Shown here piece after piece: positions 31,301 through 44,330 of a DNA stretch of 64,000 bases. The stretch is from the human T2T-CHM13v2.0 reference genome, Homo sapiens, in assembly GCF_009914755.1 (NCBI RefSeq), contig NC_060938.1; one strand, 5' to 3'. Positions within the stretch are counted from its first letter, which is position 1, and each line of letters begins with the position of its first letter. Both the position numbers and the translations under genes were made by a program. The notes under the pieces are model-generated. The model did no database searches. It was not told the origin of the DNA and was given only the letters and a program-made list of their open reading frames with translations.

Positions 31301-34300
31301 TTCCATTGCATTCCATTCGCGTTCATTCCATTCCATTCCGTTCCATTCCATTCCGTTCCTTTCAATTCCAATCCATTCCATTCCATTCCATTCCATTCCA
31401 TTCCATTCCATTCCATTCCATCCCATTCCATTCATTTCCATTACAGTCGGGTTGATTCCATACCATTCCATTCCATTCCATTGAATTCCATACCATTCCA
31501 TTGCACTCGGGTTGATTCCATCCCATTCCATTCCATTCCATTCCATTCCATTCCATTCCTTTCGGGTTGATTCCATTCCATTCCATTCGATTCCATTCCA
31601 TTCCATTCCATTCCATTCGGGTTGATTACATTCCATGCCATTCAATTCCATTCCGTTCCATTCCATTCCATTCCATTCCATTCAATTGCATTGCCTTCCA
31701 TTCCACTCCATTCCATTGCATTCCATTCCATTCCATTCCATTCCATTCCAGTCGGGTTGATACCATTCCATTCCATTCCATTCCATTCCATTCCATTCCA
31801 CTCCATTCTATTCCATTCCATTCCACTCGAGTTGATTTTATTCCATTCCATTCCTTTCCATCCCATTCCATTCCATTCTATTCCATTCCATTCCATTGCC
31901 TTCCATTGCATTCGTGTTGATTCCACTCCATTCCATTCCACTCCATTCCACTCAATTCCATTCCTTTCCAATCCATGACATTCAACTAGGGTTGAATTCA
32001 TTGCATTCCATTCCAATCCATTCCCCTCCATTCAATTCCTCTCTGATTCAATCTATTCCATTCCGTTCCATTCCGTTCTGTTCCATTCCGTTCCATTGCA
32101 TTCCATACCATTCCATTCCACTCGGGATGTTTCCGTTCCATTCCATTATATTCCGTTTCATTTCATTGCATTCCATTCAATTCCATTCCACTCGGGTTGA
32201 TTCCATACCATTCCATTCCATTCCATTCCATTCCATTCCATTCCATTCATTCCTTTCCATTCCATTCCTTTCATTCGGGTTGATTCCATTCCATTCCTTT
32301 CCATTCCATTTCATTCCATTCCTTTCCATTCCCTTCCACTCGGGTTGATTCCGTTGCATTCCATTCCATTCCATTCCACTCGGGTAGATTCCATTCCATT
32401 CCATTCCATTACATTCCGTTCCGTTCCATTCCATTCCATTCCATTTCATTCCATTCCATTCCACTCGGGATGATTCCATTAAATTCCATTATATTCCGTT
32501 CAATTCCATTGCATTCCATTCCATTCCATTCCACTCGGGTGGATTCCATTGCATTCCATTCCATTCCATTCCACTCGGGTTGATTCCATTCCGTTCCTTT
32601 CCATTTCATTCCATTCCATTCCATTCCATTCCTTTCCATAGCATTCCGTTCCATTCTATTCGTGTTTATTTCATTCCATTCCATTCCATTCCACAGCATT
32701 CCATTCCATTCCGTTCCATTCTATTCGTTTTGTTTCCATTCCATTCCATTCCATTCCATTCCATTCCAATCCATCCCATTCTGGTTGATTCCTTTCTATT
32801 CCATTCCATTCCACTCCATTCCATTCCATTCCATTCCCCTCCATTCCATTCCATTCCATTCCATTCAATTCCACTCCATTCCATTACAATCCATTCCATT
32901 CGATTTGATTCTATTCCATTCCATTCCATTGCATTCCATTGCAGTCGGGTTCATTCCATGTCATTCAATTCCGTTCCATTCTGTTCCATTCCATTCCATT
33001 CCATTCCATTTCCTTGCCTTCCATTCCACTCCATTCCATTCCATTCCATTCCATTCCATTCCATTCCATTCCACTCGAGTTGATTCCATACCTTTCCATT
33101 CCATTCCATTCCCTTCATTCCTTTCCATTCCATTCAATTCCAGTCGGGTTGATTCCATTCTATTGCTTTCCATTCTATTCCATTGCATGCCTTTCTATTC
33201 CATTCCACGTGGGTTGATTCCGTTGCATTCTATTCCATTCCATTGCACTTGGGTTGATTCCATTCCATTCCATTCCATTCCATTCATTTCCATTACACTC
33301 GGGTTGATTCCATAGCATTCCATTCCATTCCATTCCATTCCATTCCATTCCATTCCATTCCACTCGAGTTGATTCCATACCTTTCCATTCCATTCCATTC
33401 CCTTCATTCCTTTCCATTCCATTCCATTCCAGTCGGGTTGATTCCATTCTATTGCTTTCCATTCTATTCCATTGCATGCCTTTCTATTCCATTCCACGTG
33501 GGTTGATTCCGTTGCATTCTATTCCATTCCATTGCACTTGGGTTGATTCCATTCCATTCCATTCCATTCCATTCCATTCCATTCATTTCCATTACACTCG
33601 GGTTGATTCCATAGCATTCCATTCCATTCCATTCCATTCCATTCCATTCTGGTTGATTCCATTCTATTCCATTCCATTCCTTTCCTTTCCATTCCATTCC
33701 ATTCCATTCGGGTTGATTCTATTCCATTCCATTCCATTCCATTGCATTCCATCCCATTCGGCTAGATTCCATTCCATTCCATTCCTTTCCATTCCATTCC
33801 GTTCCACTCGGGTTAATTCCATTCCAGTTCCATTCTATTCGTGTTTATTTCATTCCATTCCATTCCATTCCACAGCATTCCATTCCATTCCTTTCCGTTC
33901 CATTCCATTCGTGTTGTTTCCATTCCATTCCATTCCATTCCATTCCATTCCTTTCCATTCCATTCCATTCCGTTCCATTCCATTCCATTCGGGTTGATTC
34001 CACTCCATTCCATTCCATTGCATTCCTTTCCATTGCATTCCATTCGCGTTCATTCCATTCCATTCCGTTCCATTCCATTCCGTTCCTTTCAATTCCAATC
34101 CATTCCATTCCATTCCATTCCATTCCATTCCATTCCATTCCATTCCATCCCATTCCATTCATTTCCATTACAGTCGGGTTGATTCCATACCATTCCATTC
34201 CATTCCATTGAATTCCATACCATTCCATTGCACTCGGGTTGATTCCATCCCATTCCATTCCATTCCATTCCATTCCATTCCATTCCTTTCGGGTTGATTC

Positions 34301-35533
34301 CATTCCATTCCATTCGATTCCATTCCATTCCATTCCATTCCATTCGGGTTGATTACATTCCATGCCATTCAATTCCATTCCGTTCCATTCCATTCCATTC
34401 CATTCCATTCAATTGCATTGCCTTCCATTCCACTCCATTCCATTGCATTCCATTCCATTCCATTCCATTCCATTCCAGTCGGGTTGATACCATTCCATTC
34501 CATTCCATTCCATTCCATTCCATTCCATTCCACTCCATTCTATTCCATTCCATTCCACTCGAGTTGATTTTATTCCATTCCATTCCTTTCCATCCCATTC
34601 CATTCCATTCTATTCCATTCCATTCCATTGCCTTCCATTGCATTCGTGTTGATTCCACTCCATTCCATTCCACTCCATTCCACTCAATTCCATTCCTTTC
34701 CAATCCATGACATTCAACTAGGGTTGAATTCATTGCATTCCATTCCAATCCATTCCCCTCCATTCAATTCCTCTCTGATTCAATCTATTCCATTCCGTTC
34801 CATTCCGTTCTGTTCCATTCCGTTCCATTGCATTCCATACCATTCCATTCCACTCGGGATGTTTCCGTTCCATTCCATTATATTCCGTTTCATTTCATTG
34901 CATTCCATTCAATTCCATTCCACTCGGGTTGATTCCATACCATTCCATTCCATTCCATTCCATTCCATTCCATTCATTCCTTTCCATTCCATTCCTTTCA
35001 TTCGGGTTGATTCCATTCCATTCCTTTCCATTCCATTTCATTCCATTCCTTTCCATTCCCTTCCACTCGGGTTGATTCCGTTGCATTCCATTCCATTCCA
35101 TTCCACTCGGGTAGATTCCATTCCATTCCATTCCATTACATTCCGTTCCGTTCCATTCCATTCCATTCCATTTCATTCCATTCCATTCCACTCGGGATGA
35201 TTCCATTAAATTCCATTATATTCCGTTCAATTCCATTGCATTCCATTCCATTCCATTCCACTCGGGTGGATTCCATTGCATTCCATTCCATTCCATTCCA
35301 CTCGGGTTGATTCCATTCCGTTCCTTTCCATTTCATTCCATTCCATTCCATTCCATTCCTTTCCATAGCATTCCGTTCCATTCTATTCGTGTTTATTTCA
35401 TTCCATTCCATTCCATTCCACAGCATTCCATTCCATTCCGTTCCATTCTATTCGTTTTGTTTCCATTCCATTCCATTCCATTCCATTCCATTCCAATCCA
35501 TCCCATTCTGGTTGATTCCTTTCTATTCCATTC
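30080..35533. repeat. Near-perfect 2727-bp tandem duplication (junction ~32805)
   Basis: More than 15 ORF translations repeat exactly at offset 2727 (30212/32939, 30725/33452, 31118/33845, 32409/35136). Visible differences are single-pentamer indels. Confidence 0.93.
30340..30920. repeat. 289-bp tandem duplication nested in the 2727-bp unit (also at ~33067-33647)
   Basis: actcgagttgattccatacctttcc at 30346/30635. ccacgtgg at 30478/30767 and 33205/33494. Confidence 0.9.
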
Positions 35534-35599
35534 CATTCCATTCCATTCCATTCCTTTCCATTCCATTCCGTTCTATTCCATTCGGGTTGATTCCATTCC

Positions 35600-38500
35600 A
35601 TTCCATTCCATTCCATTCCACTCCATTCCACTCCATTCCATTCCACTCCATTCCATTCCACTCCATTCCATTCCACTCCATTCCATTCCACTCCATTCCA
35701 TTCCATTCCATTCCACTCGGGTTGATTCCAAAGCTTTCCATTCCATTCCATTCCCTTCATTCCTTTCCATTCCATTCCATTCCAGTCGGGTTGATTCCAT
35801 TCCATTGCTTTCCATTCCATTCCATTGTATGCCTTTCTATTCCATTCCACTCGGGTTGATTGCGTTGCATTCTATTCCATTCCATTGCACTTGGGTTGAT
35901 TCCATTCCATTGCATTCCATTCCATCCATTCCTTTCCATTCTTTTCCATTACACTCGGGTTGATTCAATAGGATTCCTTTCCATTCCATTCCATTCCATT
36001 CTATTCCATCCCATTCTGGTTGATTTCATTCTATTCCATTCCATTCCATTCCATTCCATTCCATTCCATTCCGTTCCATTCCATTCAGGTTGATTCCATT
36101 CCATTCCATTCCATCCCATCCTATTTGGGTTGATTCCATTCCATTCGATTCCATTCCATTCCACTCCTTTCCATTCCATTCCATTCCATTCCATTCCATT
36201 CCATTCTGGTTGATTCCATTCCATTAAATTCCACTGCATTCCATTCCATTCCATTCCACTCCATTCCATTCCATTCCACTCCATGCATTCCGTTCCATTC
36301 CACACGGATTGATTCCATTCCATTCCATTCCATTCTATGCTATTCCATTACAGTTGATTCCGTTGGATTCCATTCCGTTCCATTCCATTCCACAGCATTC
36401 AATTCCATTCCGTTCCGTTCCATTCCATTCGTGTTGTTTCTATTCCATTCCACACCATTCTATTCCATTCCATTCCATTCCATTCGGGTTGATTCCATTC
36501 CATTCCATTCCATTCCATGCCATTCCATTCAATTCCATTCCATTCCACTCCATTCCATTACATTCCATTCCACACGAGTTGATTCTATTCCATTCCATTC
36601 CATTCCATTCCATTCGGGTTCATTCCATGCCATTCAATTCCATTCCGTTCCATTCCATTCCATTCCATTCCATTCCATTCCATTCCATTCCATTCCATTG
36701 CCTTCCATTCCACTCCATTCCATTCCATTCCATTCCATTCCATTCCACTCGGGTTGATTCCATAGCTTTCCATTCCATTGCATTCCATTCATTCCTTTCC
36801 ATTCCATTCCATTCCAGTCGGGTTGATTCCATTCCATTGCTTTCCGTTCCATTCCATTGCATGCCTTTCTATTCCATTCCACTCGGGTTGATTTTGTTGC
36901 ATTCTATTCTATTCCATTGCACTTGGCTTGATTCCTTTCCATTCCATTCCATTTCATTCATTTCCATAACACTCGGGTTGATTTCATAGTATTCCTTTCC
37001 ATTTCATTGCATTCATTCCATTCCACTCCATTCCATTCCATTCCAATCCGGTTGATTCCATTCCATTCCATTCCCTTCCACTCGGGTTGATTCCATTCCA
37101 TTCCATTCCATTCCATTGCATTCCATTCCATACCATTCCTCTCGGGTTGATTCCATACCAATCTATGCTATTCCATTCCATTAAACATCATTCCATTCCA
37201 TTCCACTCGGGTTGATTCCATTCCATTCCATTCCATTCCATGCCATGCCATTCCATTCCACTCCATTCCATTACATTCCGTTCCACTCGGGTTGATTCCA
37301 TTCCATTCCATTCCAATCCATTCCTTTCCATTCCATTCCATTCAGGTTCATTCCATTCCATTCCATTCTGTTCTGCTCCTTTCCATTCCATTCCATTGCA
37401 TTGCATTCCATTCCATTCCATTTCATTCTATTCCATTCCAGTCCGTTCCGTTCCACTCGGGTTGATTCCATACCATTCCATTCCATTCCATTCCATTCAT
37501 TCCTTTAAATTCCATTCCATTCCATTCTGGTTGATTCCATTCCATTCCTTTCCATTCCATTTCATTCCATTCCTTTCCATTCCATTCTACTCGGGTTGAT
37601 TCCGTTGCATTCCATTCCATTCCATTCCATTCTATTCCATTCCAGTCCATTCCATTCCACTCGGGTTGATTCCATACCATTCCATTCCATTCCATTCCAT
37701 TCCATTCCATTCCATTCCATTCATTCCTTTCTATTCCATTCCATTCCATTCGGGTTGATTCCATTCCATTCCTTTCCATTCCATTTCATTCCATTCCTTT
37801 CCATTCCATTCCTCTCGGGTTGATTCCGTTGCATTCCATTGCATTCCATTGCACTTGGGTTGATTCCATTCCATTCCATTCCATTCCATTCCATTCCATT
37901 CCATTCCATTCAATTCCATTCCATTCGATGCATTTCCCTTACACTCGTATTGATTCCATAGCATTCCATTGCATTCCATTCCATTCCATTCCATTCCATC
38001 CCATTCGGGTTGATTCTATTCCATTCCATTCCATTCCATTCCATTCCATTCTGTTCCATTCTGTTCGGGTTGATTCCATTCCATTAAATTCCACTGCATT
38101 CCATTCCATTCCATTCCAATCCATTCCATTCCATTCCACTCCATACATTCCATTCCTTTCCACCAGGATTGATTCCATTCCATTCCATTCCATTCTATGC
38201 TATTCCATTCCAGTTGATTCCATTGGATTCCATTCCGTTCCATTCCATTCCGTTCCATTCTATTCGTGTTTATTTCATTCCATTCCATTCCATTCCATAG
38301 CATTCCACTCCATTCCATTCAATTCCATTCAATTCCAATCCATTCCATTACATTCCATTCCACTCGAGTTGATTCTATTCCATTCCATTCCATTCCAATC
38401 CATCCCATTCCATTCCATTCCTTTCCATTCCATTCATTCCCATTACACTCGGGTTGATTCCATTGTATTGCATTCCATTCCATTCCATTCCATTCCATTC

Positions 38501-40540
38501 CATCCCATTCCATTCCATTCCATTCCATTCCATCCCATTCTGGTTGATTCCATTCTATTCCGTTCCATTCCATTCCATTCCATTCCATTCCATTCCATTC
38601 CATACTTTTCCACTCTGGTTGATTGCATACCATTCCATTCCATTCCGTTCCATTCCATTCCTTTCCATACTATTCCACTCTGGTTAATTCCATATCATTC
38701 CTTTCCATTCCATTCCAATCCATTCCATTCCATTCCAGGTGATTCCTTTGCATTCCATCCTGTTCCATTCCATTCCTTTCCATTCCATTCCACTCGGGTT
38801 GATTCCAGTCCATTGCATTCCATTCCGTTCCTCTCGGGTTGATTCCATTCCATTCTATTCCATTTTATTCCACTCGAGTTGATTCCATTCCATTCCATTC
38901 CATTCCATTCCATTCCATTCCATTCCGTTCCACTCGGTTTGATTCCATTCCATTCCATTCCACTTTATTCCACTCCACTAGAGTTGATTCCATTCCATTC
39001 CATTCCATTCCATTCCACTCCATTAGATTCCATTCCATACCAACCGGATTGATTCCATTCCACTACATTCCATTCCATTCCATTCCATTCCTTTCCAGAT
39101 GATTCCATTGGATTCCATTCCATTCCATTCCATTGCATTCCATTCCATTCCATTCTATTCCACTCGAGTTTTTTCCTCTTCATTCCATTGCATTACATTC
39201 CATTTCATTCCACTCGGGTTCATTCCATTCCTTCCATTCCATTCCATTCCACTCGGGTTAAATCCATTAGATTTCATTCCCTTCCCTTCCATTCCATTCA
39301 ATTCCACTCGGGTGGATTCCATTGCATTACATTCCATTTTATGCCATTCCATTCTGTTCCATTCCATTCCATTCCATACTATTCCACTCTGGTTGATTCC
39401 ATATCATTCCATTCCATTCCGTTCCATTCCATTCCATTCCATACTATTCCACTCTGGTTGATTGCATACCATTCCATTCCATTCCATTCCAATCCATTCC
39501 ATTCCATTCCAGGTGATTCCTTTGCATTCCATCATGTTCCATTCCATTCCTTTCCATTCCATTCCACTCGGGTTGATTCCATCCCATTGCATTCCATTCT
39601 GTTCCTCTCGGGTTGATTCCATTCCATTCTATTCCATTTTATTCCACTCGAGTTGATTCCATTCCATTCTATTCCATTCCATTGCATTCCATTCCATTGC
39701 ATTCCATTCCATTCCATTCCATTCCACTCAGGTTGATTCTGCTCCATTCCATTGCATTCCATTCCATTTCATTCCATTCCATTCGTGTTGAATCCATTTC
39801 ATTCCATTCCGATCCATTGCATTCCATTCCTTTCCATTTCATTCCATTCCTTTCCTTTTGGGTTGATTCCATTCCATTCCATTCCATTCCATTCCGTTCC
39901 ATTCCACTCCATGCCATTCCGTTCCATTCCACCAGGATTGATTCCATTCCATTGCATTATAATCCATTCCATTCTATTCCTTTCCACTCCGGTTGATTCA
40001 ATTGCATTCCATTCCATTCCATTCCATTCCAGTTGATTCCAAAGCCTTGCATTCCATTACATTCCATTGCATTCCATTCCATTCCATTGCATTCCAATCT
40101 ATTCCATTCCACTCGTTTTCATTCCATTCCATTCCATTCCATTCCATTCCATTCCATTCCATTCCACTCGGTTTGATTCCATTCCATTCCATTCCATTCC
40201 ATTCCATTCCATTCCATTCCATTCCACTCGGGTTGATTACATTCCATTCCATTCCATTCTATTCCATTCCACTCGGGTTTATTAAATTCCGTTCCTTTCC
40301 ATTTCATTGCATTCCATTCCATTCCACTCCATTCCATTCCATTCCAATCCGGTTGATTCCATTCCATTCCATTCCCTTCCACTCGGGTTGATTCCATTCC
40401 ATTCCATTCCATTTTATTCCATTCCATTCCATTCCATTGCATTCCATTCCATACCATTCCTGTCGGGTTGATTCCATACCAATCTATTCTATTCCATTCC
40501 ATTAACTACATTCCATTCCATTCCACTCCGGTTGATTCCA
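35600..40540. repeat. Block A, copy 2 (~4.9 kb)
   Basis: aagctt at 35731 (offset 18293). ORF translations identical at offset 18608 (20357/38965, 20491/39099, 20580/39188). Confidence 0.85.
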
Positions 40541-43500
40541 TTCCATTCCATTCCATTCCATTCCATTCTGGTTGATTCCATTCCATTAAATTCCACTGCA
40601 TTCCATTCCATTCCATTCCACTCCATTCCATTCCATTCCACTCCATGCATTCCGTTCCATTCCACACGGATTGATTCCATTCCATTCCATTCCATTCTAT
40701 GCTATTCCATTACAGTTGATTCCGTTGGATTCCATTCCGTTCCATTCCATTCCACAGCATTCAATTCCATTCCGTTCCGTTCCATTCCATTCGTGTTGTT
40801 TCTATTCCATTCCACACCATTCTATTTCATTCCATTCCATTCCATTCGGGTTGATTCCATTCCATTCCATTCCATTCCATGCCATTCCATTCAATTCCAT
40901 TCCATTCCACTCCATTCCATTACTTTCCATTCCACACGAGTTGATTCTATTCCATTCCATTCCATTCCATTCCATTCCATTCCATTCGGGTTCATTCCAT
41001 GCCATTCAATTCAATTCCGTTCCGTTCCATTCCATTCCATTCCATTCCATTCCATTCCATTCCATTGCCTTGCATTCCACTCCATTCCATTCCATTCCAT
41101 TCCATTCCATTCCATTGCACTCGGGTTGATTCCATAGCTTTCCATTCCATTGCATTCCATTCATTCCTTTCCATTCCATTCCATTCCAGTCGGGTTGATT
41201 CCATTCCATTGCTTTCCGTTCTATTCCATTGCATGCCTTTCTATTCCATTCCACTCGGGTTGATTCTGTTGCATTCTATTCTATTCCATTGCACTTGGCT
41301 TGATTCCTTTCCATTCCATTCCATTTCATTCATTTCCATAACACTCGGGTTGATTTCATAGTATTCCTTTCCATTTCATTGCATTCATTCCATTCCACTC
41401 CATTCCATTCCATTCCAATCCGGTTGATTCCATTCCATTCCATTCCCTTCCACTCGGGTTGATTCCATTCCATTCCATTCCATTCCATTGCATTCCATTC
41501 CATACCATTCCTCTCGGGTTGATTCCATACCAATCTATGCTATTCCATTCCATTAAACATCATTCCATTCCATTCCACTCGGGTTGTTTCCATTCCATTG
41601 CATTCCATTCCATGCCATGCCATTCCATTCCACTCCATTCCATTACATTCCGTTCCACTCGGGTTGATTCCATTCCATTGCATTCCAATCCATTCCTTTC
41701 CATTCCATTCCATTCAGGTTCATTCCATTCCATTCCATTCTCTTCCGCTCCTTTCCATTCCATTCCATTCCATTGCATTCCATTCCATTCCATTTCATTC
41801 TATTCCATTCCAGTCCGTTCCGTTCCACTCGGGTTGATTCCATACCATTCCATTCCATTCCATTCCATTCATTCCTTTAAATTCCATTCCATTCCATTCT
41901 GGTTGATTCCATTCCATTCCTTTCCATTCCATTTCATTCCATTCCTTTCCATTCCATTCTACTCGGGTTGATTCCGTTGCATTCCATTCCATTCCATTCC
42001 ATTCTATTCCATTCCAGTCCATTCCATTCCACTCGGGTTGATTCCATACCATTCCATTCCATTCCATTCCATTCCATTCCATTCATTCCTTTCTATTCCA
42101 TTCCATTCCATTCGGGTTGATTCCATTCCATTCCTTTCCATTCCATTTCATTCCATTCCTTTCCATTCCATTCCTCTCGGGTTGATTCCGTTGCATTCCA
42201 TTGCATTCCATTGCACTTGGGTTGATTCCATTCCATTCCATTCCATTCCATTCCATTCCATTCCATTCCATTCCATTCAATTCCATTCCATTCGATGCAT
42301 TTCCCTTACACTCGTATTGATTCCATAGCATTCCATTGCATTCCATTCCATTCCATTCCATTCCATCCCATTCGGGTTGATTCCATTCCATTCCATTCCA
42401 TTCCATTCCATTCCATTCCATTCCATTCTGTTCCATTCTGTTCGGGTTGATTCCATTCCATTAAATTCCACTGCATTCCATTGCATTCCATTCCAATCCA
42501 TTCCATTCCATTCCACTCCATACATTCCATTCCTTTCCACTCGGATTGATTCCATTCCATTCCATTCCATTCTATGCTATTCCATTCCAGTTGATTCCAT
42601 TGGATTCCATTCCGTTCCATTCCATTCCGTTCCATTCTATTCGTGTTTATTTCATTCCATTCCATTCCATTCCACAGCATTCCACTCCATTCCATTCAAT
42701 TCCATTCAATTCCACTCCATTCCATTACATTCCATTCCACTCGAGTTGATTCTATTCCATTCCATTCCATTCCAGTCCATCCCATTCCATTCCATTCCTT
42801 TCCATTCCATTCATTCCCATTACACTCGGGTTGATTCCATTGTATTGCATTCCATTCCATTCCATTCCATTCCATTCCATCCCATTCTGGTTGATTCCAT
42901 TCTATTCCGTTCCATTCCATTCCATTCCATTCCTTTCCATTCCATTCCGTTCCATTCCATTCCATTCCATTCCATTCCATTCCATACTTTTCCACTCTGG
43001 TTGATTGCATACCATTCCATTCCATTCCGTTCCATTCCATTCCTTTCCATACTATTCCACTCTGGTTAATTCCATATCATTCCTTTCCATTCCATTCCAA
43101 TCCATTCCATTCCATTCCAGGTGATTCCTTTGCATTCCATCCTGTTCCATTCCATTCCTTTCCATTCCATTCCACTCGGGTTGATTCCAGTCCATTGCAT
43201 TCCATTCCGTTCCTCTCGGGTTGATTCCATTCCATTCTATTCCATTTTATTCCACTCGAGTTGATTCCATTCCATTCCATTACATTCCATTCCGTTCCAC
43301 TCGGTTTGATTCCATTCCATTCCATTCCACTTTATTCCACTCCACTAGAGTTGATTCCATTCCATTCCATTCCATTCCATTCCATTCCATTCCATTCCAC
43401 TCCATTAGAATCCATTCCATACCAACCGGATTGATTCCATTCCACTACATTCCATTCCATTCCATTCCATTCCTTTCCAGATGATTCCATTGGATTCCAT

Positions 43501-44330
43501 TCCATTCCATTCCATTGCATTCCATTCCATTCCATTCTATTCCACTCGAGTTTTTTCCTCTTCATTCCATTGCATTACATTCCATTTCATTCCACTCGGG
43601 TTCATTCCATTCCTTCCATTCCATTCCATTCCACTCGGGTTAAATCCATTAGATTTCATTCCCTTCCCTTCCATTCCATTCAATTCCACTCGGGTGGATT
43701 CCATTGCATTACATTCCATTTTATGCCATTCCATTCTGTTCCATTCCATTCCATTCCATACTATTCCACTCTGGTTGATTCCATAACATTCCATTCCATT
43801 CCGTTCCATTCCATTCCATTCCATACTATTCCACTCTGGTTGATTGCATACCATTCCATTCCATTCCATTCCAATCCATTCCATTCCATTCCAGGTGATT
43901 CCTTTGCATTCCATCATGTTCCATTCCATTCCTTTCCATTCCATTCCACTCGGGTTGATTCCATCCCATTGCATTCCATTCTGTTCCTCTCGGGTTGATT
44001 CCATTCCATTCCATTCCATTCCATTCCATTCCATTCCATTCCACTCGGGTTGATTCCATTCCATTCCATTCCATTCTATTCCATTCCACTTGGGTTTATT
44101 AAATTCCGTTCCTTTCCATTTCATTGCATTCCATTCCATTCCACTCCATTCCATTCCATTCCAATCCGGTTGATTCCATTCCATTCCATTCCCTTCCACT
44201 CGGGTTGATTCCATTCCATTCCATTCCATTTTATTCCATTCCATTCCATTCCATTGCATTCCATTCCATACCATTCCTGTCGGGTTGATTCCATACCAAT
44301 CTATTCTATTCCATTCCATTAACTACATTC
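40541..44330. repeat. Block A, copy 3 (tandem to copy 2, 5'-truncated, with ~565-bp internal deletion)
   Basis: ORF offsets 4362-4382 relative to copy 2 (36309/40671, 36958/41330, 39188/43570). The offset drops to ~3817 after ~44000. Confidence 0.85.
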
